Assembly: GCA_016205145.1 (NCBI GenBank)
Contig: JACQJH010000002.1
Coordinates: forward strand, 60,001-92,000
Reading direction: 5' to 3'
Source of the DNA: Candidatus Iainarchaeum sp.
GTDB taxonomy: Archaea; Iainarchaeota; Iainarchaeia; Iainarchaeales; JACQJH01
DNA: 32,000 nt
The notes under the pieces are model-generated. The model made no database searches and was not told the origin of the DNA. It saw only the letters and a program-made list of their open reading frames with translations. The position numbers and the translations under genes are program-made. Within the stretch, counting starts at the first letter, position 1, and each line of letters begins with the position of its first letter. Positions 1 to 7,934 of this stretch are shown here, one piece after another.

Positions 1-514
1 CGACCTTCTTGTCGCCGATGAACTGCTTGGCAATCATGTGCATCATGAGTTCGGTGTCATTGTTCTGAATCAGATGATACTTGCTTTTTTCAAGCGAAGC
101 CTTCAGCTCGGAAAAATTCGCGATGTTGCCGTTGAAGCCGAAACTGAACCATTTCCAGATCCTGCCGTGATGCCTTTCAAACGGCTGGGCGCAGCACGCG
201 TCATCCGACCCCGAAGTGGCATACCTGGTGTGGCCTATGCCCTTTGTGCCGGAATACTCGTCAAAAATCCGTTCGAACTTTACGTGGTCCGAGCTGTGGA
301 AAACCTCGTTGACCGTGCCAAGGTCCCTGTACGTGTCAAGCATCTGCATCCTGTCAGCGCGGTAGGTGCTGATGCCCGCACTCAGCTGGCCGCGGTGCTG
401 CTGCTGCAAAAGCATTTTGTATAAATAGGATACAACCCCGCCTTTCGGATACTTGCTCAAGGGTTTAGGCAAAAACGCGGCCGCAATACCGCACTTCTCC
501 TTAGCCTCAGCCAT
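1..514 (-). CDS. purF: Amidophosphoribosyltransferase-like class II glutamine amidotransferase, N-terminal part (gene continues left of window)
   Basis: Own minus-strand translation from ATG 514-512: MAEAKEKCGIAAAF..LLQQQHRGQLSAGIS..GIGHTRYATSG..CCAQPF..FNGNIANFSEL. It shows a nucleophile Cys after a short propeptide and the HRGQ, GHTRYxTxG and NGN motifs of PurF-type amidotransferases. It is absent from the ORF track because it runs off the edge. The + ORF 38..424 is its antisense shadow. Confidence 0.75.
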   Translation of the reverse strand, partial: MAEAKEKCGIAAAFLPKPLSKYPKGGVVSYLYKMLLQQQHRGQLSAGISTYRADRMQMLDTYRDLGTVNEVFHSSDHVKFERIFDEYSGTKGIGHTRYATSGSDDACCAQPFERHHGRIWKWFSFGFNGNIANFSELKASLEKSKYHLIQNNDTELMMHMIAKQFIGDKKV

Positions 515-673
515 CAGCACACCAGACGGAAAAAAGAAAGAAAATGATAAGAAAATAATAGTTGGCTAACATTTAAAATAAAAAGGTTTGTCATGCAGCC
601 AGAAAAAACCGCAAGCGCAAGCCAGCATTTAAAAAAAAGCTAAAAAAACAGGAAAAAGATGCCTGCAAAAAAA

Positions 674-736
674 GCTTACTCGGCGTTCTGCGATAGCAGA
701 ACGCCTTGGTTTCGAACCAGCCGGACGAAACCGGCT
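674..736 (-). repeat. Copy A of a modular two-hairpin element, followed by a T7 run
   Basis: Minus-strand read: AGCCGG-TTTCGT-CCGGCT GG TTCG AAACCAA GGCGTTCTGC-TATC-GCAGAACGCC GAGTAAGC TTTTTTT. It starts inside the stop codon of the small ORF 735..917. Related copies are at 2697-2767, 26744-26897 and 28342-28366. Confidence 0.8.
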
Positions 737-917
737 ATTTGCAGGCCGGGCAGACGCCTTTGACGTGCGCAAGCTTTGACACGCCGAACAGGCCCAAGGC
801 CGTGCCCGCGACAAGGTGGGCAGTGCTGACATCCAATGATTTCATGCCCATCAAAAGAAACGAAACGCCTGCCACAAGGACAAGAACGCCCATAACCAAT
901 CCACAGTTCCCTTTCAT
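735..917 (-). CDS. Small (60 aa) two-TM membrane protein with C-terminal CPAC
   Basis: ORF track 735..917. GGAGG lies about 8 nt upstream of the ATG, and a TATA-like ATCTTATAAC lies further upstream. Two hydrophobic segments. No family recognised. Confidence 0.5.
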   Translation of the reverse strand: MKGNCGLVMGVLVLVAGVSFLLMGMKSLDVSTAHLVAGTALGLFGVSKLAHVKGVCPACK

Positions 918-1043
918 ACCAGAATTCCTCCAAAAAAATTATGGAAACTATGTTATAAGATACAATTTTCCGGTATAAAAATCCATTAGTCCGAAAAGCG
1001 GCCTGACCGCAAGCATTTTATTCCTCCAAAGCTTAATTCGTTC

Positions 1044-1529
1044 ATGCCGCCAAAAATAACTTTTTCCATCACCCTGCTTCCGGAACAAAAAGGCGAATTC
1101 GAAAAGCTCAGGCACAGGATATGGCGGCTTGGAACCATGCCGCCCAACCCGAAAAGATTCCACAGGATTTTCGCATATCAGGATGACCGCCTTGTCGGCT
1201 ATATCCAGCTCATTGACCAGCCGGAATCGCTTGCAATGTATGTCGACGAAATCGCGGTAAGGGAAGATTTTGATTCCGGAAAAGGCAGTAGAGGCGCGGA
1301 GGCGAAAGGCGAAAACGCGGGCTTCGGTCTTGCTACAAGGCTAATGCTTGAAGCCAAAAAAGAGGCCATCCGGCGCAATTACAGGCACTTGGCTGCAGAA
1401 AGGCTTGTTCCAAGATTCCCTGCGGGAAGCGGCAGGATGCTTTTTGTCCGGGAACGGGGCGGATTTGCAAGGCTCATACCCTTGCCGGGCGCAAAAAAGG
1501 GCATAAGGGTGCTGCGCGGGCCGCACTGA
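1044..1529 (+). CDS. GNAT-family N-acetyltransferase-like protein
   Basis: 161-aa ORF. YVDEIAVREDF .. GFGLATRLMLEAKKEA resembles GNAT motif A (beta4-alpha3, GxG/A). TATA-like CATTTTATTC lies about 25 nt upstream of the ATG, suggesting a leaderless mRNA. Confidence 0.5.
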   Translation: MPPKITFSITLLPEQKGEFEKLRHRIWRLGTMPPNPKRFHRIFAYQDDRLVGYIQLIDQPESLAMYVDEIAVREDFDSGKGSRGAEAKGENAGFGLATRLMLEAKKEAIRRNYRHLAAERLVPRFPAGSGRMLFVRERGGFARLIPLPGAKKGIRVLRGPH

Positions 1530-1543
1530 CTGCGCCGTATGAA

Positions 1544-1852
1544 GTGCTCACACCCCCAAAAATTATTAACTTTGAAGGCACCAATATTAACGTATCAGTG
1601 CAGGCGGTCGGAATGAGGCAGAGCATCGGGGCCATAATCATCGCCGTCATCACGTTCTTTGCGGGCGCGCCGCTGTGGGTTTCCATAGTGCTGCCTGTAA
1701 TCTACGTGGTTGCCGCCGCATCCAACGGGCAGAAAAAAACCGAAGAAAACTACGACCAGTACAAGGGGGCCCTTGTAGGCATTGGCATAATCGCCACGGC
1801 CTTTGCAAGGCGCCTTGAAACCCAGTTGTTGTGGATGGCAATGACGGCGTGA
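1544..1852 (+). CDS. Hypothetical small membrane protein (GTG 1544, or internal ATG at about 1613)
   Basis: ORF track only. Two to three hydrophobic helices. No recognisable motif and the start is uncertain. Confidence 0.35.
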   Translation: MLTPPKIINFEGTNINVSVQAVGMRQSIGAIIIAVITFFAGAPLWVSIVLPVIYVVAAASNGQKKTEENYDQYKGALVGIGIIATAFARRLETQLLWMAMTA

Positions 1853-1922
1853 AAAAACGCATTCTCCGCAAACGCGGCATTCAAGAGCCGTCAGTCTAAA
1901 AACTAATCCGGGCCACAATTGT

Positions 1923-2690
1923 TCACGGCATTACCACAAACACGCCTTTTCCAATCTTCCCGGCCCGCACTATTGCGGCATCAACAAGCTTTTCCGCCAC
2001 TTCAACTGCACGAACCACAGGCATGCCCTTGGCGAGGTTTGCGGCAATTGCGCCTGCAAGCAGGCAGCCAGCGCCATGGCATTTCCTGCCGGCATCCTTT
2101 TTTTCAAAAACCCTGAAACGCACAACGCCTTTTTCCTTCCATGCAAGCAGGTCGCAAACCCTGCCTTTTTCCCTGGCCGCGTCTTTCACCAAAACGTGCT
2201 TTGGCCCAAGGGCAAGGATTTTGCAGGCAGTGCCTTTCGCGTCCTGCAAACCAGAAATTTTCATGCCGGACAGTTTTTCCGCCTCGAACCTGTTCGGAGT
2301 GCAGATTTCCGCGTTTTTCAAAAAGCTTTTCAGGGCGCCCGGTTCCGTGGCAAACTCGTGCGCTGTTGCCGCAACCATGACGGGGTCGACGACAAAACGC
2401 CTGCCTTTCAGCATTCTTTCCATTATGCCAAAATGATTTTTGTTAGTGACAACGCCGACCTTGACAACGTCAAATTCAATGTCATCCAGAACCGCTTTGA
2501 GCTGTGCCTCGAACAATTCGTCCGAAACGCTTTCCACCATGGAAACGCCTTGCGTGTTCTGCGCGGTAATGCACGTCAAAACCGTTGCTGCGTAAACACC
2601 CAGGGCATGGCTCGCCTTCAGGTCCATCTGCACCCCCGCGCCGGCATCGGAAGAAGAGCCCGCGATGACAAGCATTTTGGGAATGGGCAT
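1923..2690 (-). CDS. thiD: Hydroxymethylpyrimidine/phosphomethylpyrimidine kinase
   Basis: 255 aa. N-terminal VIAGSSSDAGAGVQMDLKA, and a ribokinase-fold anion hole/ATP region GAGCLLAGAIAANLAKG near the C-terminus, both typical of ThiD. Confidence 0.9.
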   Translation of the reverse strand: MPIPKMLVIAGSSSDAGAGVQMDLKASHALGVYAATVLTCITAQNTQGVSMVESVSDELFEAQLKAVLDDIEFDVVKVGVVTNKNHFGIMERMLKGRRFVVDPVMVAATAHEFATEPGALKSFLKNAEICTPNRFEAEKLSGMKISGLQDAKGTACKILALGPKHVLVKDAAREKGRVCDLLAWKEKGVVRFRVFEKKDAGRKCHGAGCLLAGAIAANLAKGMPVVRAVEVAEKLVDAAIVRAGKIGKGVFVVMP

Positions 2691-2696
2691 AAAAAA

Positions 2697-2767
2697 CCAG
2701 CCGGCTTACCCGGCCTTTCACAAAAAGTGAAAGGCCTTGGTTTCGCTCCACGCAGCCGAAACTGCGT
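2697..2767 (-). repeat. Copy B of the two-hairpin element, filling the whole gap between tRNA-Glu and the thiD start codon
   Basis: Minus-strand read: ACGCAG-TTTCGG-CTGCGT GG AGCG AAACCAA GGCCTTTCAC-TTTTT-GTGAAAGGCC GGGTAAGC CGGCTGG TTTTTT ATG(thiD). Confidence 0.8.
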
Positions 2768-2770
2768 AAT

Positions 2771-2845
2771 TGCTCCGACCGGGATTCGAACCCGGGTTAC
2801 CGGCTTGAAAGGCCAGTGTGCTTGGCCGGACTACACCATCGGAGC
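2771..2845 (-). tRNA. tRNA-Glu (anticodon UUC), no intron, CCA not encoded
   Basis: Reverse complement GCTCCGATGGTGTAGTCCGGCCAAGCACACTGGCCTTTCAAGCCGGTAACCCGGGTTCGAATCCCGGTCGGAGCA folds as a cloverleaf. It has a 7-bp acceptor, a TTCGAAT T-loop and anticodon loop CTTTCAA. Confidence 0.93.
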
Positions 2846-2976
2846 TTCTGCCTGTGCGCTTTTTTAATTGTTTTGCTTTAAAAAAACTTAATAGCAAGCA
2901 GGATTTTAATTGGATTCTGTTAAGACTAGTTCAATATTGAATTGTTTTTAAGGCTATCATTGGCTGGTGAGGTTTA

Positions 2977-3138
2977 ATGGCAAAGTTTGAGGTTGCTGTG
3001 GCAAGGCTTTTTGAGAACGTCTGGATCTGCATGAAATGCAATGCGCGCAATCGCGGCAGCGAGGGCAAGAAGCCTGACCGCTGCAGGAAATGCGGCAGCA
3101 TCAGGCTCAGGTTGAAGCATAAAACCAAGAAGGCTTGA
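2977..3138 (+). CDS. rpl40e: Ribosomal protein L40e (53 aa)
   Basis: Own translation; the ORF is below the track cutoff. MAKFEVAVARLFENVWICMKCNARNRGSEGKKPDRCRKCGSIRLRLKHKTKKA has the C4 zinc-ribbon pattern and length of archaeal L40e. GGTGAGG lies 6 nt upstream of the ATG. Confidence 0.85.
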   Translation: MAKFEVAVARLFENVWICMKCNARNRGSEGKKPDRCRKCGSIRLRLKHKTKKA

Positions 3139-3143
3139 ATGAA

Positions 3144-3962
3144 ATGGACATCGCCGGTTTTGTGAGGCTTGCAAGGCCAGTCAACTGCCTAATGGCATCC
3201 GTTGCGGTTCTGGCGGGCTTTGCCGTTTCATCCGGTTCTTTTTCCTTCGGAATGCCGGTTCTGCTTGCAATGGCGGCCGCGTTCCTGGTCTGCGCCGCGG
3301 GCCAGACGGTGAACGACTATTTTGACCACAAAATCGACGCGGTTCTGCATCCAGACAGGCCGATTCCGAGCGGCAACGTCAAGCATTATGACGCACTGAT
3401 CTTTGCCATGCTTTTGTTCATTGCAGGCAACTACCTTGCCGCGCAAATCAATTACATTGCGTTCGTGATCGCCGCGACGATTTCAGTGCTCCTGTTCTTT
3501 TACTCCGCATTCATGGAGAAATTCAAATACGTTGGCAACTGGGTCGTAGCGCTTGGGACTTCCCTGACTCTGGTTTTCGGCGCAACCATAGCCATGGACT
3601 TTTACGCGGTTTCATTCCTTGCCGCGCTTGCATTGTTCTCCAATGTCGGCAGGGAGATAACCAAGGACTTTGAGGACAGGGAAAAAGGCGAAACGGGGAA
3701 AATTACCTTGCCGAGGCTCATCGGAAAGAAAGCCAAGCTTGTTGTCCTGTCCCTGTTTTTCGCCGCAATTGCGTTGAGCTATTTTGTTTTCTTTGCGGGA
3801 ATTTTCGGCAACATTTTTTATCCTGCAATAGTTTCGCTTGCAAATCTGGCTTTCCTTTACGCGTTCCTGCTTCTCAAAAACGATTCGTTTGAAAAGGCGC
3901 AGAAATACTGCAAGCTCGGCATGGTTTTGGCCCTGGCGGCATTCTTTGCCGGCGCAATGTAG
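3144..3962 (+). CDS. UbiA-family prenyltransferase, probable digeranylgeranylglyceryl phosphate synthase
   Basis: NDYFDHKIDAVLHPDRPIPSG (first Asp-rich motif) and KDFEDRE (second motif). About 8 TM helices. The ATG at 3144 is preferred over the track TTG at 3135. Confidence 0.85.
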   Translation: MDIAGFVRLARPVNCLMASVAVLAGFAVSSGSFSFGMPVLLAMAAAFLVCAAGQTVNDYFDHKIDAVLHPDRPIPSGNVKHYDALIFAMLLFIAGNYLAAQINYIAFVIAATISVLLFFYSAFMEKFKYVGNWVVALGTSLTLVFGATIAMDFYAVSFLAALALFSNVGREITKDFEDREKGETGKITLPRLIGKKAKLVVLSLFFAAIALSYFVFFAGIFGNIFYPAIVSLANLAFLYAFLLLKNDSFEKAQKYCKLGMVLALAAFFAGAM

Positions 3963-3970
3963 GTGTGCCG

Positions 3971-4918
3971 ATGCGCCAGGCCCTGCTGGAAAAGATTTCG
4001 GGCCTGCTTAAACGGAACGGGTTTTTCGTTTCAACCTTTTTCGCGTCAAACTCGTGCTTCGACATCATAGCAAAAAAGCCCGGGACCGGCACGATAATCC
4101 TGAAGGCGCTTGAGAACATCGATGCCATCAGGCCCGGCCAGGCCGCGGAACTCGAACGCCTCGCGGAAGTCTTCGGCTGTTCAGCCATGATTGTCGGGGA
4201 AAAGACAAAGGCTTTCAGGCTCAACGACAACACGGTTTATTCGCGGTACGGCATTTACGCCGTCAGCTTCGCCACACTGGAAAATTTTTTTTCCGGCAGG
4301 ATTCCGGAGATAAGCTATTTCAAGGGCAAGGAAATAGTGGAGCTTGACCCTGAACTGCTCAGGAGAAAAAGGCTTGAATCGCAGTTGTCGTACGCATCCC
4401 TTGCCGACAGCCTTGGCACGACGATTGAAACATTGTACCGCTACGAGCAGGGCAACAAGGCTTCCCTGGAAATGGCAAAAAGGCTCGAGGACTTTTTCGG
4501 CCAGGGATTCGTGAAGGAAATAGACTTTTTCGGGCGCAGGGAAAAAGCCAAATCGGAAAAATCGGAAAAGCCGGCGCCCGCACCGCAAGGAAACAAAAGC
4601 GACCTGGCGGAAAGGCTCGAAAAACTCGGCGCCAGTGTTTCGGTTTTCAGGCACGCGACATTCCACGAGGCCGCGCTCGGCGGAAAGGAAAGGCTTGTCA
4701 TAAGCGAGGCCGCTTCAAAGCGTGAAATCCTCCGCAAGGCCCCGGCGCTTGAAAAAACCGGCTCAGCACTGGAGGCTCATTCCGTGATTTTCGTTGACAG
4801 CCAGAAAGACGCGGGAATGCGCGGCCTTGACACCCCGCTCATGGAGAAAGAGGAAATCGCCTCGGTTTCAAAGTTCAAGGACATCATAAGACTTATCAAG
4901 GAAAAGAAAAAAGATTAA
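3971..4918 (+). CDS. Archaeal putative HTH-type (XRE-like) transcriptional regulatory protein
   Basis: About 315 aa. The N-terminal GFFVS..SCFDIIAKK..ILKALENID region and a central cro/C1-type HTH (LSYASLADSLGTTIETLYRYEQG) match the conserved archaeal family of this architecture. AGGTG lies 6 nt upstream of ATG 3971. Confidence 0.75.
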   Translation: MRQALLEKISGLLKRNGFFVSTFFASNSCFDIIAKKPGTGTIILKALENIDAIRPGQAAELERLAEVFGCSAMIVGEKTKAFRLNDNTVYSRYGIYAVSFATLENFFSGRIPEISYFKGKEIVELDPELLRRKRLESQLSYASLADSLGTTIETLYRYEQGNKASLEMAKRLEDFFGQGFVKEIDFFGRREKAKSEKSEKPAPAPQGNKSDLAERLEKLGASVSVFRHATFHEAALGGKERLVISEAASKREILRKAPALEKTGSALEAHSVIFVDSQKDAGMRGLDTPLMEKEEIASVSKFKDIIRLIKEKKKD

Positions 4919-4965
4919 CGAAATAGAAATGAAAAATCAGAGAGAAATGAAAAACCCGAGCAGGA

Positions 4966-5991
4966 TCAGAACCACTTGTCGAGGCTGCTCTGGTTGCCCT
5001 TTTCCTGCGCCTTTGCCTCGATTTTTTTCAGGGCATTCGAAACGCGTTCCTCGGAAAAGCCGCGCTGTGCGCACAGGAAGTCGATTATTTTTTCGCACTG
5101 GGGCTCTCGGAATTCAAGCGAATAGCTTGTTTCAGGCTTCTGCTCCAGAAAAATCTCTTCAATTTTGCGGTAGTCGAAATCCGGTGCGTGCCCGGTTTCC
5201 TCAATAATTTTTTCGAACGAATCGTGCGCCTGCACAAGCTTGAGCGCTGTTTTAGGGCCGACCTTTGGAAACTTTTCATTGAAGTCCGTGCCGACCAGGA
5301 TGCCTATCCAGACCAGTTTGCGGCGGTCGATGTTGAGAATGCGCAAAGTCTTTTCAAGTTCGATGCGCTCCGGCTCAACATCAATGTAGATGTTCCTGCC
5401 GGGAACCTTTCTCTTGCCGGAAACAGCGATGTTCCTGAACAGCAATGGCGCGCCGAAAAGCAATGAATCGTAGTCCTGTGAAACGCAGCCGAAAACATCG
5501 CCTTTCGCGCACATGAATGCTGCCTGCGCCTCGCCCTCGCTCGGCGCCTGGACAATCGGAATGCCCATCAGGGACGCAAGCTCTTTTGCTTCTTTCACCA
5601 TGTCGCCGGTGATTGTCGCGGCCTGCGAGGCAAACTTTCTGGCATCCTCTTCCCTGCCCTCGCGCTTTGCCAGCTCGAATTTTTCCTTCGCCTGCGTCCT
5701 GATTGCCGAACGCTTTTCGCGGGTTTCGGCTTTCAGCTCGGATGGCTTGCCGTCGAAAACAAAAACCGGCCTGATGCCCTTTTCCATCAGGTTTGTCGTG
5801 CGGTAAAGCATTCCAGTGAGATGGCTTGTAATCCTGCCCCTCGAATCCATCAAAGGCGTGCCGTCCTGCCCGCGGATGGTTGAAACGAACTGGTAAAGCG
5901 TGTTGAAAGCGTCAACCCCGACAATCCTGCCCTGCAAGTGCTCAAGAGAAATCTTCTCCTTTTCCAAAAGCTCGCCGATTTGGGTGCCCAT
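4966..5991 (-). CDS. fen: Flap endonuclease 1
   Basis: 341 aa. MGTQIGELL..GRIVGVDAFNTLYQF..DSRGRITSHLTGMLYRTTNLMEKGIRPVFVFDGKPSELK, XPG-N and XPG-I regions, and a C-terminal PIP-like SSLDKWF. Confidence 0.95.
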   Translation of the reverse strand: MGTQIGELLEKEKISLEHLQGRIVGVDAFNTLYQFVSTIRGQDGTPLMDSRGRITSHLTGMLYRTTNLMEKGIRPVFVFDGKPSELKAETREKRSAIRTQAKEKFELAKREGREEDARKFASQAATITGDMVKEAKELASLMGIPIVQAPSEGEAQAAFMCAKGDVFGCVSQDYDSLLFGAPLLFRNIAVSGKRKVPGRNIYIDVEPERIELEKTLRILNIDRRKLVWIGILVGTDFNEKFPKVGPKTALKLVQAHDSFEKIIEETGHAPDFDYRKIEEIFLEQKPETSYSLEFREPQCEKIIDFLCAQRGFSEERVSNALKKIEAKAQEKGNQSSLDKWF

Positions 5992-6119
5992 GCAAAATGT
6001 TAAACATGGCAGAAATAAAAAATCAATTGGTTATTTTTCGGAAGCGGCCCGCCCAATTTGTACGAATTTCGTAAATTTGCCGGAAAGCCTTAAATACGTC
6101 GGAAGCACCATTTGTTATG

Positions 6120-6252
6120 TGGCGGTTTTCCGCCCGTTCGAGCTTAGTTTGGTGAGCCTATCCGGATGTTGCCGGCAAAAGCCGGCGCTAAGTTCAAAGT
6201 TGGATGCGAAGGAAGGGATTTTCCCTTTTCCTTCCACATCCACCCCATTTTT
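6120..6252 (+). ncRNA. Candidate structured small RNA (strand and ends tentative)
   Basis: TATA-like CTTAAATA at 6089-6096. Then three hairpins with homopolymer tetraloops: GGCGG-TTTT-CCGCC (6121-6134), GCCGGC-AAAA-GCCGGC (6171-6186), and a long imperfect GGATGCGAAGGAAGGGA-TTTT-CCCTTTTCCTTCCACATCC (6202-6241), ending in a T5 run at 6248-6252. No convincing ORF in this 330-nt gap. Confidence 0.3.
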
Positions 6253-6322
6253 CATTCTACACCCGCAATCTTCACCGGCCAGCCAAACCGATAAAAAAAT
6301 GGGCTGCCTTGCGCAGTTAAAG

Positions 6323-6592
6323 TCACTGCCTGTGCACGCGCTTGAGCCACCAGGCCCTGAAAAACGGGATTGAAAGCGTTGAAAGCACGAACGCAACCGA
6401 CGGGATGAGCGCGTTAAGCAGAGGGTTTGGCGTGCCCATCGCAAAAAACAATGCGACGACCACAAAATAAGTCAGCGCAAAAATAACCGCCTTCCGCGAC
6501 CTGCTTGTTTCCCATGCCTTGTCGGCCTCGACGCGCGCGTTCCTCTTCTTTATTTGCAGGATTTCGTTTTCAAGTTCTTTGACGGACGCCAA
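6323..6592 (-). CDS. Small coiled-coil plus two-TM membrane protein, translationally coupled to eno
   Basis: 89-aa ORF with a TTG start. AGGTG lies 5 nt upstream and overlaps the enolase stop codon. A charged N-terminal helix is followed by two hydrophobic helices. A T7 run follows the stop. Confidence 0.55.
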   Translation of the reverse strand: MASVKELENEILQIKKRNARVEADKAWETSRSRKAVIFALTYFVVVALFFAMGTPNPLLNALIPSVAFVLSTLSIPFFRAWWLKRVHRQ

Positions 6593-6600
6593 AAAAGCAC

Positions 6601-7863
6601 CTACTTTTTACCGAAAACCGCGTTTTTGCCGAGGCAGTCCTCTATGCGCAGCAGCTGGTTGTATTTCGCGTTGCGGTCGCTTCTGGCCGGGCCGCCGAAC
6701 TTGCTTTGCCCGCAGCCCAAACCTACAACCAGATCTGAAATGAATGAATCCTCGGTTTCGCCGGACCTGTGGGAAACAACGACGTTCCAGCCGCTGCCGG
6801 AAGCAAGCTTTGATGCGTCAATGCTTTCGCTGAGCGTTCCAATCTGGTTGACCTTCAAAAGCAGTGCGTTGCACGATTTTTCTTCAATGGCGCGCTCAAT
6901 GCGCGTTGTATTCGTCACAAGCAAATCGTCACCGACGATTTGAATTTTTTTGCCAAGCTTTGAATTCAATTCCTTCCATCCCGGCCAATCCTGCTCGGCC
7001 AGGCCATCCTCGATGGAAACAACAGGATAAGTTTTGCAAAGCCCTGCATAAAAGTCCGCAAGCTCGCCCGCGGAATATTTTTTGCCGTAGAGATGGTACG
7101 CGGAACCGTCGAAGAATTCCGATGCCGCGGAATCAAGCGCAATTTCAATTTTGCCGCCATAGCCGGCCTGGCTGACCGCTTCAAGCATGAAGTCCAGCCT
7201 TTCCTGAACAGACTTAACAGGCGGAACAAAGCCCCCTTCGTCGCCTAGAAGCGTGGCCTGGGCGCCGAACTTTTTTTTCAAAATTTTTCCAAGGCAATGG
7301 TAGCTTTCAACCGACATCTGCAGCGCCTCTGAAAAGCTTTTCGCGCCGGATGGGAAAAACATCTGTTCCTGTATGTCCTGTTCCAGGCCGGCGTGCTTTC
7401 CGCCGTTGAGGACATTAAGCTGCGGCACGGGCAGGCAGAATTTTTTGTTGCCCGCAATGCTTCCCAAATGCTCGAAAAGCGCAATTCCCTTTGACGCTGC
7501 GCCGGCCCTTGCGCAGGCAAGCGAAACCGAAAGGATTGCATTCGCGCCGAGGCTTGACTTGTTTTCCGTGCCGTCGATGCCGAGCAGAAAATTGTCGATT
7601 TCCCGCTGGTTTTCCGGGTTCATGCCCAGAGTTTTCGGGCAGATTTTTTTGTTGACGTTTTCAACGGCTTTCAGTACGGACTTGCCGCCGAAACTTTTTC
7701 CCCCATCCCTCAATTCAAGCGCCTCGAACGAGCCTGTCGACGCGCCGCTCGGCACGATTGCAGAAAAAACGCCTTTTTCTGTTTTGACTTCCGCTTCTAC
7801 AGTTGGATTGCCCCTTGAATCCAGAACCTGCCTTGCATGAACCGACAAAATCTTTGACACCAT
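6601..7863 (-). CDS. eno: Enolase (phosphopyruvate hydratase)
   Basis: The true start is the internal ATG at 7863 (MVSKILSVHARQVLDSRGNPTVEAEV..SGASTGSFEALELRD..), with GGTGAGG upstream. The C-terminal SHRSGETED motif is present. The 134-aa N-terminal extension in the track ORF (to 8265) is an artefact that overlaps mbf1. Confidence 0.95.
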   Translation of the reverse strand: MVSKILSVHARQVLDSRGNPTVEAEVKTEKGVFSAIVPSGASTGSFEALELRDGGKSFGGKSVLKAVENVNKKICPKTLGMNPENQREIDNFLLGIDGTENKSSLGANAILSVSLACARAGAASKGIALFEHLGSIAGNKKFCLPVPQLNVLNGGKHAGLEQDIQEQMFFPSGAKSFSEALQMSVESYHCLGKILKKKFGAQATLLGDEGGFVPPVKSVQERLDFMLEAVSQAGYGGKIEIALDSAASEFFDGSAYHLYGKKYSAGELADFYAGLCKTYPVVSIEDGLAEQDWPGWKELNSKLGKKIQIVGDDLLVTNTTRIERAIEEKSCNALLLKVNQIGTLSESIDASKLASGSGWNVVVSHRSGETEDSFISDLVVGLGCGQSKFGGPARSDRNAKYNQLLRIEDCLGKNAVFGKK

Positions 7864-7934
7864 GTTTTCCTCACCCGCAAGAAAAGATAACCGGCATTTG
7901 GTTATTAAGTTTTTCTTTGCCAAAGTTCTTCTGC

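Noticed and set aside
2691-2770. TPP (THI-box) riboswitch upstream of thiD, and likewise upstream of thiE (15097-15320)
   Set aside because: The conserved CUGAGA and ACCUGAUCUGGAUAAUGCCAGCG-type cores are absent from both regions on the relevant strand.
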